From: Helicobacteraceae bacterium
Lineage (GTDB): Bacteria > Campylobacterota > Campylobacteria > Campylobacterales > Sulfurimonadaceae
Reading direction: 5' to 3'
Assembly: GCA_015493495.1 (NCBI GenBank)
Contig: WGDB01000033.1
Span: 7,479 to 71,478 of the forward strand
DNA length: 64,000 bases
The translations under genes and the position numbers were made by a program. Positions 23,610 through 34,552 of the stretch are shown piece by piece. Each line of letters opens with the position of its first letter. Position 1 is the first letter of the stretch. A model generated the notes under the pieces. The model did no database searches, had not been told where the DNA came from, and saw only the letters and a list, made by a program, of their open reading frames with translations.

Positions 23610-26600
23610 ATGATGGACCATCACGATCTTTTACGATCATTTAAAGATAACTGTGGTTTTGGACTTGTTGCCAACATTAAAAACCGCGCGTCTCATAAAA
23701 CACTTGAGGACGCTATTACCGCGCTAGAACGCATGATGCACCGTGGTGCAGTTGCTGCTGACGGTAAAACTGGTGATGGAAGCGGTCTACTGCTTTCTAT
23801 GCCGACAGAGTTTATGCGCCATGCTGCCAAAAAGGCCGGTGTTGAGCTTCCTGAACAGTTTGCTATTGCGACTGTCTTTACTAAAGACAAAAAACAGTTG
23901 GATGTTTTAGAGGCCGTTTGTACCTCTAATGATCTTAAAGTCGTTTTGCGTCGTGATGTACCAGTGGACACCAATGCGCTTGGTGATCAGGCGATGGCAT
24001 CACTTCCTAATATTGTTCAGGTCTTCATCACTGCAAATTCTATTATGGCAAATCAGCGTTTTGATGCACTGCTTTACCTCTCTCGTAAAGAGACAGAGCA
24101 CAAACTTGTAGATGAGCGCGACTTTTACATCGCTTCTATGGCTTCCAAGGTCCTCTCCTATAAAGGTCTTGTTATGCCAACGCATATTAAAGAATTTTAT
24201 AAAGATTTCCAGGATGAGCGTTTCAAGATCTCTTTTTCACTGTTCCACCAGCGTTTCTCTACCAACACACTTCCTGAGTGGCGCTTGGCACAACCCTTCC
24301 GTGCAGTTGCACATAATGGTGAGATCAACTCTGTTGAAGCCAACCGTTTCAATGTTGAAGTAAAGTCAGAGTCTATTAAGTCTGAAGTCTTTACAGATGA
24401 AGAGATCGCACGTCTTCTTCCTATCTTGCAGCCAGGATCTTCTGACTCTGCATCAGGTGACAACTTTTTTGAATTTCTTATCGCTAATGGTATGGACTTC
24501 TTTAAAGCTGCACGTGCAGTTATCCCTGCACCATGGCAAAATGCCCCTCACATGGACCCGGAACTTCGTGCCTTTTACGAGTATCAGTCAACAGTGTTTG
24601 AAGCTTGGGACGGTCCGGCAGCATTTTCACTGACAGATGGTCGTTACATCGGTTGTGTACTAGACAGAAATGGTCTGCGTCCTTCCAAGTACATCATCAC
24701 ACACGACGACAACCTTCTTATCGCTTCTGAGTATGGCGTGGTTGACATCCCTGATGAGCAGATCAAAGAACGTGGTCGTCTTCAGTCAGGTCAGATGATC
24801 GGTCTTGATCTTAAGTTTGGAAAAGTACTTAAAGATGAAGAGATTAACAACTACCTAAAATCTGCGAACCCTTACATGAAGTGGTTAAATGAGCGTATGG
24901 TTTACCTACAAGAACATGTAGAAAAGCAATACACCACTAACTGTGAGATCGAAGAGGACATTACACAACGTCAGCGTTATTTTAATGTCACTCATGAGAT
25001 CGTTGAGCAGGTGATAGAGCCGATGATCACTGATGGTAAAGAATCTGTAGGTTCTATGGGTGATGATACACCATTGGCAGCCTTCAGTACCAAGCAACGT
25101 AACTTCTCTGACTTCTTCAAGCAGAAGTTTGCACAGGTCACCAACCCGCCGATCGATCCTATCCGTGAAAAAGTGGTCATGAGTCTCAACACAGGTTTTG
25201 GTGAAGTTCATAATATCTTAGATGAGATCCCTTCTCATGCACACCGTCTTAAAGCGATCTCTCCTATCATTACTTATGAGAAATTGGCAGTACTAAAGTC
25301 CTATGGCGATGTCAACTCTCCCCGTTTTGAGGATTTCTATAAAAATGAGACCTTCTCTGTTGCTTATAAGTCTAACTTAAAAGCTTCTTTAGATGCACTT
25401 GTCTCCAAGATCGTGACAGCAGTCAAAGAAGACGGCATTCGTATCGTTATCTTGAGTGACAAAGAGTTTTCAAAAGAGATGCGTACCATTCCTATGTTAC
25501 TTGCAGTAGGTCGTTTGAGTCGTGAACTTCTGAAGCAAAAAGTGCGTCATTTGGTCTCTATTATCGCTGATACAAGTGAAGTGGTAGACTCTCATGGTGT
25601 AGCAACACTTTTAGGTTATGGTGCAAGTGCCATCTTCCCAAATCTTCTTTTTGCATCTGCGGTTAATCGTGTGAACCAGTCTAAAAACTTAGACATAAGC
25701 TGTTCTGATGCTCTTAAAAATGTTCATGCCTCTCTTAATGCTGGTCTTTTGAAGATCATGTCCAAGATGGGTATTGCAACTGTTGCTTCTTACCGTAACT
25801 CTGGACTTTTTGATGTTATGGGTCTGAGCCGTGATATCGTTAGAGACTGTTTCTCTGACTCACATGCCTTGATCCCGGGTCTTAGTTATGAAGATATTGA
25901 TACACGTCTTGAGACAGCACACAAAGGTGCTTTTGACGACCGTGGTTTCAGTACGATCTTCCCTCTTAATATCGGTGGATTCTATAAGTTTTATAATGGC
26001 CAAGAATATCATGATTTTGGTCCAGATACCATTCATGCTATCCATGCTATCAGTAAGTCTGGTGATGAAAAAGATTACATCAAACTTCGTGAGATCATCA
26101 ACAAACGTGGTCTAAAGTTCGTTCGTGACTTCTTAGAATTCAAGTCTGATCGTAAAGCGATCGATATCTCAGAAGTTGAGCCTAAAGAGACTATCTTTAA
26201 ACGTTTTGCATCAGCAGCGATGAGTTTGGGTTCTATCTCTCCAGAAGCACACGAAGCGATCGCCGTTGCAATGAACACTATTGGCGGTAAATCAAACTCT
26301 GGTGAGGGTGGTGAAGATGTTGCTCGTTTCGGTACCAATAAACTCTCTAAGATCAAGCAGGTCGCTTCAGGACGTTTTGGTGTCACTCCAGCATACCTTC
26401 GTTCAGCAGAAGAGATCCAAATCAAAGTCGCTCAGGGTGCAAAACCGGGTGAGGGTGGACAACTGCCAGGACATAAGGTAACAGGACTGATCGCACGTCT
26501 GCGTCATACTGTTCCGGGTGTGACACTGATCTCACCTCCACCACACCATGATATCTACTCTATCGAAGATCTTGCACAGCTTATCTTTGACTTGAAGCAG

Positions 26601-28046
26601 GTAAACCCTAAAGCGACGATCGCTGTGAAACTTGTTTCTACTGCAGGTGTCGGTACAATTGCTGCCGGTGTTGCCAAAGCGTACGCTGATAAGATCATCA
26701 TTTCTGGTGGTGACGGTGGTACAGGTGCTGCACCACTGACTTCTATCAAATTTGCAGGTAATCCTTGGGAACTTGGTTTGACAGAAGCGCATAACGCACT
26801 TAAAGCCAACAACCTTCGTGGACTTGTTGAAGTACAGACCGATGGTGGTCTTAAGTCTGGTCTGGATGTTGTTAAAGCGGCACTTCTCGGTGCTGAGTCA
26901 TTTGCCTTTGGTACCGGTGTTCTTAGTATCGTGGGTTGTAAGATGCTTCGTATTTGTCACTTGAACAAATGTTCTGTTGGTATTGCAACGCAAAATGAGC
27001 GTCTTCGTAAAGAGCACTTTACAGGTAACGTTGAGCAGATCATTAACTACTTCACTTTCTTGGCTAATGATGTACGTTCTATCATGGCGGAACTTGGATT
27101 CAAAACTATGGAAGAGATGGTCGGACGTTCAGATGTTCTTAAAGTCGTAGATGACGCCTTTGCTCAGAAGTTTGATTTCTCAGCAGTACTACATCAAGAA
27201 GAGGGTGTTAACACCTGCCAAACACCATTTAACAAACCATTTGATGATAATGCTTTTGAGATCGATGTTGTTGAAGAGGCTATGTCTGCCATTAAACATC
27301 CAGATCAGCCTATAAGAATAGAGCGTGAGATCACCAACCTGCACCGTAGTTTTGGTGCCCGTGTCTCTGGTGAGATCGCGCAGTATTATGGTGATAAAGG
27401 TCTTGCAGAAGATACCATCAAGATCAACCTAAAAGGTATCGCGGGTCAGGCTCTTGGTGCTTTCTTGATAGAAGGTGTCTCTCTTAACCTTGATGGTGTG
27501 GCAAATGACTATATTGGTAAGGGTATGAGTGGTGGTAAGATCATCATCAACCCAGTGCATAAAGGCGAAGAGTACTCAGCAGGTGGAAACACTTGTCTTT
27601 ACGGTGCAACAGGTGGTAAGCTCTTTATCTGTGGATCTGTAGGTGAGCGTTTTGCTGTTCGTAACTCGGGTGCTTTAGCTATTGTTGAAGGTACGGGAGA
27701 CAATGCTTGTGAGTATATGACTGGTGGTATTGTTGCCATCTTGGGTAAGACAGGTGGTAACTTCGGTGCAGGTATGACCGGTGGTATTGCCTTTGTTTAT
27801 GACGAAGGACATAACTTCATTGAAAATGTCAACCGTGAACTTGTAGAAGCGATCCGTATCGATACAGACGATGGCGATGAAGCGAGACATTATCTTAAGC
27901 GTCTACTTAAAGATTATGTAGCGGTTACCGGCAGTCCTAAAGCACAAGAGATTCTTGATGCCTTTAGAATTGAGATCCGTAACTTCTGGTTAGTACAGCC
28001 TAAAAACCTTAAAAAATTACCGTTAAATCAAGAGAAAGGGGATTAA
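23610..28046 (+). CDS. gltB: Glutamate synthase large subunit
   Basis: Start at ATG 23610, 6 nt after AAGGAA. FKDNCGFGLVANI supplies the Ntn amidotransferase Cys. FMN/Fe-S central domain and C-terminal GXGXG beta-helix domain follow. Confidence 0.95.
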   Translation: MMDHHDLLRSFKDNCGFGLVANIKNRASHKTLEDAITALERMMHRGAVAADGKTGDGSGLLLSMPTEFMRHAAKKAGVELPEQFAIATVFTKDKKQLDVLEAVCTSNDLKVVLRRDVPVDTNALGDQAMASLPNIVQVFITANSIMANQRFDALLYLSRKETEHKLVDERDFYIASMASKVLSYKGLVMPTHIKEFYKDFQDERFKISFSLFHQRFSTNTLPEWRLAQPFRAVAHNGEINSVEANRFNVEVKSESIKSEVFTDEEIARLLPILQPGSSDSASGDNFFEFLIANGMDFFKAARAVIPAPWQNAPHMDPELRAFYEYQSTVFEAWDGPAAFSLTDGRYIGCVLDRNGLRPSKYIITHDDNLLIASEYGVVDIPDEQIKERGRLQSGQMIGLDLKFGKVLKDEEINNYLKSANPYMKWLNERMVYLQEHVEKQYTTNCEIEEDITQRQRYFNVTHEIVEQVIEPMITDGKESVGSMGDDTPLAAFSTKQRNFSDFFKQKFAQVTNPPIDPIREKVVMSLNTGFGEVHNILDEIPSHAHRLKAISPIITYEKLAVLKSYGDVNSPRFEDFYKNETFSVAYKSNLKASLDALVSKIVTAVKEDGIRIVILSDKEFSKEMRTIPMLLAVGRLSRELLKQKVRHLVSIIADTSEVVDSHGVATLLGYGASAIFPNLLFASAVNRVNQSKNLDISCSDALKNVHASLNAGLLKIMSKMGIATVASYRNSGLFDVMGLSRDIVRDCFSDSHALIPGLSYEDIDTRLETAHKGAFDDRGFSTIFPLNIGGFYKFYNGQEYHDFGPDTIHAIHAISKSGDEKDYIKLREIINKRGLKFVRDFLEFKSDRKAIDISEVEPKETIFKRFASAAMSLGSISPEAHEAIAVAMNTIGGKSNSGEGGEDVARFGTNKLSKIKQVASGRFGVTPAYLRSAEEIQIKVAQGAKPGEGGQLPGHKVTGLIARLRHTVPGVTLISPPPHHDIYSIEDLAQLIFDLKQVNPKATIAVKLVSTAGVGTIAAGVAKAYADKIIISGGDGGTGAAPLTSIKFAGNPWELGLTEAHNALKANNLRGLVEVQTDGGLKSGLDVVKAALLGAESFAFGTGVLSIVGCKMLRICHLNKCSVGIATQNERLRKEHFTGNVEQIINYFTFLANDVRSIMAELGFKTMEEMVGRSDVLKVVDDAFAQKFDFSAVLHQEEGVNTCQTPFNKPFDDNAFEIDVVEEAMSAIKHPDQPIRIEREITNLHRSFGARVSGEIAQYYGDKGLAEDTIKINLKGIAGQALGAFLIEGVSLNLDGVANDYIGKGMSGGKIIINPVHKGEEYSAGGNTCLYGATGGKLFICGSVGERFAVRNSGALAIVEGTGDNACEYMTGGIVAILGKTGGNFGAGMTGGIAFVYDEGHNFIENVNRELVEAIRIDTDDGDEARHYLKRLLKDYVAVTGSPKAQEILDAFRIEIRNFWLVQPKNLKKLPLNQEKGD

Positions 28047-28047
28047 G

Positions 28048-29430
28048 ATGAGAAATTTCCTAACAGTAAGTCGTATAGACCCGACCAAACGTTTAGTTGT
28101 AGAGCGTACCAAAGATTTTGGTGAGATCTACGAAGTTTTCCCAAAAGAAGATGCCTCTTCTCAGAGTGATCGCTGTATACAGTGTGGTGACCCGTTCTGT
28201 TTGAACAAATGTCCACTTCATAACTACGTACCGCAGTGGCTTAAAGCAGTAGCAGAGAAAGATCTTGAATTTGCGTTTAACCTCTCTAATGAGCCTTCTC
28301 CTTTCCCTGAAGTGATGGGACGTGTCTGTCCTCATGACCGTCTGTGTGAAGGTGATTGTACACTTAATGATGGCCATGGTGCGATTACGATCGGTTCTAT
28401 TGAGACTTTTATAAATGAAGAGGGTTTCAAAGCGGGTCTTTCTCCTAGATTTCCCGGTATTACAACGGACAAAAAAGTAGCGATCATCGGTTCAGGTCCT
28501 GCAGGACTCTCTGCAGCGACGTACTTACTCCGTGCAGGTATCGCGGTAACTGTTTATGAAAGAGCAGACCGCGCAGGTGGTCTGATGACTTACGGTATCC
28601 CTAACTTTAAGTTAGACAAAAAAGTGATCGAGCGTCGTGTTAACATCTTAAAAGATGCCGGTATGGAACTTGTGACCAACTGTGAAGTCGGTAAAGATAT
28701 CACCTTTGATGAGATGGCAAAGACACACGATGCTATTTTCATTGGTGTTGGTGCAACGAAGGCTAAAGGTGCTCGTCTCAGTGGCGAAAAAGCGGACAAT
28801 GTTTACATGTCTATGCAGTATCTGACAGCAATTCAACGTAAGAACTTCGGTCTAAAGTATGACAAGCAGTTTGATTTTAAAGACCAAGATGTTGTGGTCA
28901 TCGGTGGTGGAGATACTGCAATGGATTGTGTTCGTACAGCAAAACGTGAAGGTGCTAAGTCTGTGACTTGTCTTTACCGTCGTGATGCACACAACATGCC
29001 AGGTTCTCAAAAAGAGTACAAAAATGCGATGGAAGAGGGTGTTGACTTTACTTTCTACGCTTCTCCAAAAGAGATCGTTCTTGGTGAAGATGGTAAAGCT
29101 GTCAGTGTTGAGATGATCAAAACGGTTCTTGGCGCTAAAGACGAGAGTGGTCGTCAACGTATGGAAGAGGTTAACGGTAGTGAGTTCCAGGTCAAGGCAG
29201 ATGTTGTTATCATGGCTCTTGGTTTTGATCCTGAAGTCCCTTCTTTCCTAGCGGAAAATGGTATAGAGACCAATGCGTGGGGCGGTGTCGTGGTTAATGA
29301 CGACTATGAGACCACAACAGCTGGTATCTATGCTGGTGGTGACTGTTACCGCGGTGCTGACCTTGTTGTTACGGCCGCACTCGATGGCCGTGAAGCTGCG
29401 CGCAAGATGATAAAGTCACTACTTAAGTAA
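28048..29430 (+). CDS. gltD: Glutamate synthase small subunit
   Basis: 460 aa. Cys clusters CIQCGDPFC...CP and CPHDRLCEGDC. Dinucleotide folds IIGSGPAGLSAA and VIGGGDTAMDC. Confidence 0.95.
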   Translation: MRNFLTVSRIDPTKRLVVERTKDFGEIYEVFPKEDASSQSDRCIQCGDPFCLNKCPLHNYVPQWLKAVAEKDLEFAFNLSNEPSPFPEVMGRVCPHDRLCEGDCTLNDGHGAITIGSIETFINEEGFKAGLSPRFPGITTDKKVAIIGSGPAGLSAATYLLRAGIAVTVYERADRAGGLMTYGIPNFKLDKKVIERRVNILKDAGMELVTNCEVGKDITFDEMAKTHDAIFIGVGATKAKGARLSGEKADNVYMSMQYLTAIQRKNFGLKYDKQFDFKDQDVVVIGGGDTAMDCVRTAKREGAKSVTCLYRRDAHNMPGSQKEYKNAMEEGVDFTFYASPKEIVLGEDGKAVSVEMIKTVLGAKDESGRQRMEEVNGSEFQVKADVVIMALGFDPEVPSFLAENGIETNAWGGVVVNDDYETTTAGIYAGGDCYRGADLVVTAALDGREAARKMIKSLLK

Positions 29431-30170
29431 TGACACAAGAGTTCCTTGAGGCCTGTTACAATGCAGCCTTAGAGGTCAACACAATGTTACAAAGCACAGA
29501 CCACGCTGTGGGGTGTGCTCTTCAGAATAAAGGTGCTGGTGGTGACATCAGCATCACTTACGATCTTTTGGCAGAAGCTATTTTTGTCAAACACCTTTCA
29601 TCTTTTGGTCAGATCCACTCTGAAGAGGGTGGTGTTCTTGGCCAAGGTCAAAACCTCATAATTTTAGATCCTATTGATGGCAGCGACAACCTCAAATCAA
29701 ACTTTCCCTACTATGGTGCTTCTGTCGCTTTACAAAAGGATGGAAGAACGATTGGGGCCTTTGTATGCAACTTCGCCAATGGGGACTGTTTTATAAAAGA
29801 TGCAACAGTGGTGTGTAAGCGCTCTCTTACTGATGTCAATTGTCGTTCTGAATTGTGTATCAATATCTATGCAAAAGTTGGTCTGTTTGAAAAAGCGGCA
29901 AAATACCCTGATCTGGCACATAAACTTTTGAAATCAGGGCTCAAATTTAGAGCACCAGGTGCAGTTGCACTCTCTTTAGCCTATGCCTATGAGGTGCGTT
30001 TTATGATATTTGTAGGTGAAAGTCGTCCTTATGATGTAGCAGCAGGTCTCTACTTGTGTGAAGATATGTACCGATATGTGTCAGATGAGCTTATCGTTGT
30101 ATCACATAATAAGGATGACTTCGCTAAAATACTTTCACTATTTCAATTAAGTAATGATGCGACGTTTTAG
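29430..30170 (+). CDS. Inositol monophosphatase family protein
   Basis: 246 aa. ILDPIDGSDNL metal-binding motif of the IMPase/FBPase/CysQ superfamily. Confidence 0.75.
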   Translation: MTQEFLEACYNAALEVNTMLQSTDHAVGCALQNKGAGGDISITYDLLAEAIFVKHLSSFGQIHSEEGGVLGQGQNLIILDPIDGSDNLKSNFPYYGASVALQKDGRTIGAFVCNFANGDCFIKDATVVCKRSLTDVNCRSELCINIYAKVGLFEKAAKYPDLAHKLLKSGLKFRAPGAVALSLAYAYEVRFMIFVGESRPYDVAAGLYLCEDMYRYVSDELIVVSHNKDDFAKILSLFQLSNDATF

Positions 30171-30200
30171 TAGCACATTCCATTTATTTAAGGCACACAT

Positions 30201-31052
30201 ATGAATCTTTTTGACCTCTTTAGTAGTAGTTCCAGTTCATCAAAGAAACAAGCATCCAAAAGTGAAGCACCAGCGCACTGGATAAAGTGTCCATCGTGTC
30301 AATCACTGATGTACTATAAAGAAGTCGAAAATCAGAATCATGTCTGTCCCAAGTGTGGATACCATCTCCGTTTAGCGGTGGATGCGCGAATTAAACTTTT
30401 GGCGGATGAAGGTACTTTTACGGAGTACGATGAAAACCTAAAGCCTGTAGACCCTCTTAAGTTTGTAGACAAAAAATCTTACGTTAAGCGTGTTGAAGAG
30501 GGTATTAAAAAGACAGGTCGTCACTCTTCTGTTGTTAGCGGTGAGTGTGAGATCAATGGTATTGGTACTCAGCTTGTTGTCTTTGACTTTGGTTTTATGG
30601 GTGGGTCATTAGGTTCGGTAGAAGGTGAAAAGATCGTTCGCGCTATTAACCGTGCTATTGAAAAACGTCAAGGTGTTATCATCGTCTCTGCTTCCGGTGG
30701 AGCACGTATGCAAGAGTCTACCTTCTCTCTTTTGCAGATGTCTAAGACCTCTGCAGCGCTGGGTAAGTTGGCCAATGCAAAACTTCCATATATCTCTCTC
30801 TTGACAGACCCTACTATGGGTGGTGTCTCTGCTTCATTTGCAACACTGGGAGACATTATTATTGCTGAACCAGGTGCATTGATCGGTTTTGCCGGTCAAC
30901 GTGTTATCAAGCAGACGATTGGTTCAGATCTTCCTGATGGTTTCCAACGTGCAGAATTTTTGTTGGAAAAAGGCTCTATAGACATGGTGGTCAACCGTAA
31001 TGAGATGAAAGAGACCCTTACTAACCTACTTAAGATGATGTTAGGCAAATAG
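30201..31052 (+). CDS. accD: Acetyl-CoA carboxylase carboxyltransferase beta subunit
   Basis: 283 aa. N-terminal zinc ribbon CPSC...CPKCGYH and carboxyltransferase motif GFMGGSLG. Confidence 0.95.
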   Translation: MNLFDLFSSSSSSSKKQASKSEAPAHWIKCPSCQSLMYYKEVENQNHVCPKCGYHLRLAVDARIKLLADEGTFTEYDENLKPVDPLKFVDKKSYVKRVEEGIKKTGRHSSVVSGECEINGIGTQLVVFDFGFMGGSLGSVEGEKIVRAINRAIEKRQGVIIVSASGGARMQESTFSLLQMSKTSAALGKLANAKLPYISLLTDPTMGGVSASFATLGDIIIAEPGALIGFAGQRVIKQTIGSDLPDGFQRAEFLLEKGSIDMVVNRNEMKETLTNLLKMMLGK

Positions 31053-31070
31053 CCTGCCTCTCTCCTCTCT

Positions 31071-31640
31071 ATGATACAACTTTACGCACTCTGTGACCAA
31101 ACGACTCTTGACACTAGAGGTGTTACGCTTGAAACCTTTGTTCAATTGGCTCAAAAACATCATGCTTCCATCATTCAGTACCGCAACAAAAGTGGAGACT
31201 ATGATTTTGTCACACAACAGTTGGTGCAGTTACGTCAGCTTTGGGACAAGAGCTTGATCATTAATGACGCTTTTATGTTACATCCATTTTGTGATGGTGT
31301 CCATCTTGGTCAAGATGACCTTTTGAAAGTGGATCGTAACCCTTATTTCGCTGTTGACAAAATACGAAACATTATCGGGAGCAATAAGCAGATAGGCCTC
31401 TCTACACATAACCAAAAAGAGATAGAGATGGCCAACCTTTTAGATCTTGACTACATCGGCCTGGGTGCTTATAGAGCGACTGCTACGAAAGAGGATGCTG
31501 CACCACTTAATGAGCGACTTGACACGCTAGCAGCACTTTCCAAGCATCCTGTTGCAGCTATAGGTGGTGTTCGCTTTGATGATACCTTTGCAAATGTAGC
31601 CTATAGAGTGATCAGCAGTGCTCTATATGAAGAGCAGTAG
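31071..31640 (+). CDS. thiE: Thiamine-phosphate synthase
   Basis: 189 aa. IIQYRNK and GVHLGQDDL motifs. Confidence 0.85.
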   Translation: MIQLYALCDQTTLDTRGVTLETFVQLAQKHHASIIQYRNKSGDYDFVTQQLVQLRQLWDKSLIINDAFMLHPFCDGVHLGQDDLLKVDRNPYFAVDKIRNIIGSNKQIGLSTHNQKEIEMANLLDLDYIGLGAYRATATKEDAAPLNERLDTLAALSKHPVAAIGGVRFDDTFANVAYRVISSALYEEQ

Positions 31641-32099
31641 ATGAAAGTTGACATCGTCTCCATCGCTAAAAAAGAGCGATCTTTGTATGATCCTTTGAAT
31701 AAAGAGCTCATAAAGATGTCATCACGCTTTGCAAAAATTAACGATATTGAACTTTTCCCTAAAGATGTTACAAAAGCACACACTGTTGGGCCTGATGCCG
31801 CTCAGAGCGCATATTCGAAGGTACTCGACTCACATTTAGATGGTGCATTTACTATTGCTTTGCATCCTGCAGGAAAAATAGTCGACTCTCACGAATTTAG
31901 TAAGCTATTAGCTGATAAAATTGCGGTTAAATTTTTTATTGGTGGTGCATACGGTTTTGAAGAGTCCTTTTTAAAGCGATGTGACAAAGTGATCTCCTTA
32001 GGTGAGATCACTATGAGTCATAAAATCGCTAAGGTAGTTTTGCTAGAGCAGATCTATCGAGGATTTTCGATCTTAAGTAACCATCCATATCATAAATAG
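31641..32099 (+). CDS. rlmH: 23S rRNA (pseudouridine1915-N3)-methyltransferase RlmH
   Basis: 152 aa SPOUT protein. FFIGGAYGF and [22 protein letters not shown]. Confidence 0.9.
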   Translation: MKVDIVSIAKKERSLYDPLNKELIKMSSRFAKINDIELFPKDVTKAHTVGPDAAQSAYSKVLDSHLDGAFTIALHPAGKIVDSHEFSKLLADKIAVKFFIGGAYGFEESFLKRCDKVISLGEITMSHKIAKVVLLEQIYRGFSILSNHPYHK

Positions 32100-32107
32100 G
32101 AATTATA

Positions 32108-32458
32108 ATGCGTAATAGTGAACTTGAGTTTTTTGTTGATTTACTGGAGTCTCGCAAAGAGCAGATCCAGAAGAATATCGTAGGTGTTGAAAAAGAACTT
32201 CAGGCGCTAAATAATCTGGAACTAAACGATGAAGGGGATCATGCTTCTGTAAGTAACGATAACCTTCGTGAAGTGGCGATTGGTCAGCAACAAGAGTTAG
32301 AGTTGATTGAGATTGAAGTTGCTTTAGGTAAAATAAAGGACAAACAATACGGTATCTGCGAGATGTGTGAAGAGGAGATCTCTCTTCAACGTCTAAAAGT
32401 GAAGCCACATGCAAAATATTGCATCGACTGCCGTGAGATTGTGGAAAAACAACACTAA
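32108..32458 (+). CDS. DksA/TraR family C4 zinc-finger protein
   Basis: 116 aa. Coiled-coil N-terminus and C-terminal CEMCEEEI...YCIDC. Confidence 0.85.
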   Translation: MRNSELEFFVDLLESRKEQIQKNIVGVEKELQALNNLELNDEGDHASVSNDNLREVAIGQQQELELIEIEVALGKIKDKQYGICEMCEEEISLQRLKVKPHAKYCIDCREIVEKQH

Positions 32459-32470
32459 CAAGGATACTTA

Positions 32471-33499
32471 ATGCATATGAAACGCTACTCGATAGCTGCC
32501 TTAGTCTTAATGGGTCTTATCGGCGCATTCTTTTATATAAACTTTCCGGATGAGCATCTTTCCGTCACAGTTTTAGGTATTACATTTGCTGCACTGCCTT
32601 TAGCTTTTTGGGTGATTGCTTCTATGGCCATTTTGTTCATAGCAACACTTATCCACATGATCTATTATTCGATTGTAAAGGCCTTTGACCTTCGTCGATA
32701 TCGTGTGGACTCTGAGTCTTTTGTAGACTCTTTGCGTGATGCACTTCTTGGCAGAATCGAGAGACACAATCGCTACAAAACAGACCGATATGCTCTTTTT
32801 GCTAAGGTGATTGACAACTCTCGTTTAACAGTACTTAAAAGTATTCCTCTGACGGGCAATGAGAAGTTGGATGAGACGATCGCACTGTTGGCACGTATTG
32901 AAAATGGTGAGCATGTCGATCTTAAAAAGTTTTATTTGGCTAAAGAGAACCCATTGGTTCAAAAAAACCAGCTAAACGCTTATAATGCGGGTGATATTGC
33001 AGAAGAGCAGATCTTGAACAATGCTGACAACTACTCAAGTGAGTTGATAGCACAGGCATTTACAAATTATGCTAAGACTGCTCCACTGAACTTGATCGAA
33101 AAGTATAAGTCATTTTTGACAAAATCTGTACTCTTTAAGATCGTTGCACGTGTCAATGCGGAAGAGAACAACCTGGATGTTTCTGTAGACTCATTGATCG
33201 CACTGTTTAAAGAGGTCTCTTTAGAAGAAGATGATTACATAAATCTCTCTGCGACACTTTCTGAACATATGCTTCCAGATGAGAGGATCAAACTCTTTAA
33301 GATGCTTTCAGATGAGGACGACACAGCAACACCAGCGTATCTCTACACTCTGTTTGATCTTGAGATGATCGCTCCTGCTGAAGAGATCTTAGAAAACTCT
33401 CAGCCCGATGAATTTATTTACTTTAAGGCATATAAGGCACTTAAAGACTGTAACCAAAATTTCAGTATCGATCTTTTTATCTCTCACAAAAAATTCTAA
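32471..33499 (+). CDS. Membrane protein of unknown function
   Basis: 342 aa. Two N-terminal TM segments followed by a helical soluble domain. No motif recognised. Confidence 0.6.
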   Translation: MHMKRYSIAALVLMGLIGAFFYINFPDEHLSVTVLGITFAALPLAFWVIASMAILFIATLIHMIYYSIVKAFDLRRYRVDSESFVDSLRDALLGRIERHNRYKTDRYALFAKVIDNSRLTVLKSIPLTGNEKLDETIALLARIENGEHVDLKKFYLAKENPLVQKNQLNAYNAGDIAEEQILNNADNYSSELIAQAFTNYAKTAPLNLIEKYKSFLTKSVLFKIVARVNAEENNLDVSVDSLIALFKEVSLEEDDYINLSATLSEHMLPDERIKLFKMLSDEDDTATPAYLYTLFDLEMIAPAEEILENSQPDEFIYFKAYKALKDCNQNFSIDLFISHKKF

Positions 33500-33503
33500 A
33501 CAT

Positions 33504-33527
33504 GAGTCCTGCCTTCTTGGCAGACTC
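33504..33527 (+). terminator. Possible hairpin terminator
   Basis: GAGTCCTGCC-ttctt-GGCAGACTC gives a 9-bp stem with one bulge, directly after the stop at 33499. Only a weak T-tract follows. Confidence 0.3.
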
Positions 33528-33595
33528 CTTTGGCTAACACCCCTTTTTACACTCAGAATCTGCTATAATTTTGCCAAATTATTTATAGGCACAAT

Positions 33596-34552
33596 ATGAC
33601 TGACAAAATCTCTTTTGATACTCCTCTTTATGTACTTGCACCACTTGCCGGTTTTACGGATCTTCCTTTTAGAAGTGTGGTGAAAAAGTTTGGTGCTGAT
33701 CTGACTGTAAGTGAGATGATCAGTTCAAATGCTTTAGCACATGGATCAGAGAAGACGCTTAAGATGTTAGAGAAGTCTGTTTTAGAAGATCCATACTCAG
33801 TGCAGATCTCTGCATCAGACCCGGAGATCGCCCGTCGCGCCATTGAAGAGTTGAACAAACAAGAAGGGATCGATGTTATTGATCTCAACTGTGGTTGTCC
33901 TGTACCAAAGGTCTTTGGTCATGGTTCAGGTTCTGCACTGCTTGATGACCTCCCTCGCCTGACAGAGATCTTACGTATTATTAAAGCACATTCGAACAAG
34001 TCTGCAACAACTGCCAAGATACGTTTGGGTGTCACTGAAAAGAACCATGTACAGATCGCTCAGGAGATAGAAGCTACCGGTGTAGACTTTATCGCAGTTC
34101 ATGGACGTACACGCGCGGGTAAGTTTAAAGCCCCTGTCGATTATGATGCGATCGCTGAGATCAAAGAAGCGGTCTCCATACCGGTGATTGCCAATGGAGA
34201 CATAGACAGTTTTGAAAAAGCACAATGGGTACTGGAACATACTAAAGCAGATGGTATTATGATCGGTCGGGGTGCCGTAGGTGCTCCATGGATCTTTCAT
34301 CAACTTAAAACGGGTTCTTCGGACATCTCGCTAGAATTAAAACATGAGATCATTATGGAACACTACGACAAGATGATAGAATTCTATGGTCCTCATGGTG
34401 TAGCGATGTTTAGAAAGCATACCCACACCTACTCTAAAGGCTATATAGGCGCATCAGTAATGCGTGACAAGGTCAACCACATTAGTGATATGTCAGAGTA
34501 TCGTAAAGTACTTGATGACTTTTTTGGTAACGCTACGATGGCAGATCGTTAG
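33596..34552 (+). CDS. dusB: tRNA dihydrouridine synthase
   Basis: 318 aa. LAPLAGFTDLPFR, DLNCGCP and HGRTR motifs. Confidence 0.9.
   Translation: MTDKISFDTPLYVLAPLAGFTDLPFRSVVKKFGADLTVSEMISSNALAHGSEKTLKMLEKSVLEDPYSVQISASDPEIARRAIEELNKQEGIDVIDLNCGCPVPKVFGHGSGSALLDDLPRLTEILRIIKAHSNKSATTAKIRLGVTEKNHVQIAQEIEATGVDFIAVHGRTRAGKFKAPVDYDAIAEIKEAVSIPVIANGDIDSFEKAQWVLEHTKADGIMIGRGAVGAPWIFHQLKTGSSDISLELKHEIIMEHYDKMIEFYGPHGVAMFRKHTHTYSKGYIGASVMRDKVNHISDMSEYRKVLDDFFGNATMADR

Noticed and set aside
22812-23624. Long forms of the recO ORF (start 23624) and the gltB ORF (start 23562)
   Set aside because: The two extensions overlap each other in the divergent promoter region. Internal ATGs with good RBS and family-typical N-termini (MQGFII..., MMDHHDLL...) are preferred.
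32103-32414. 103-aa minus-strand ORF
   Set aside because: It is antisense to the DksA/TraR zinc-finger gene, which has clear motifs.
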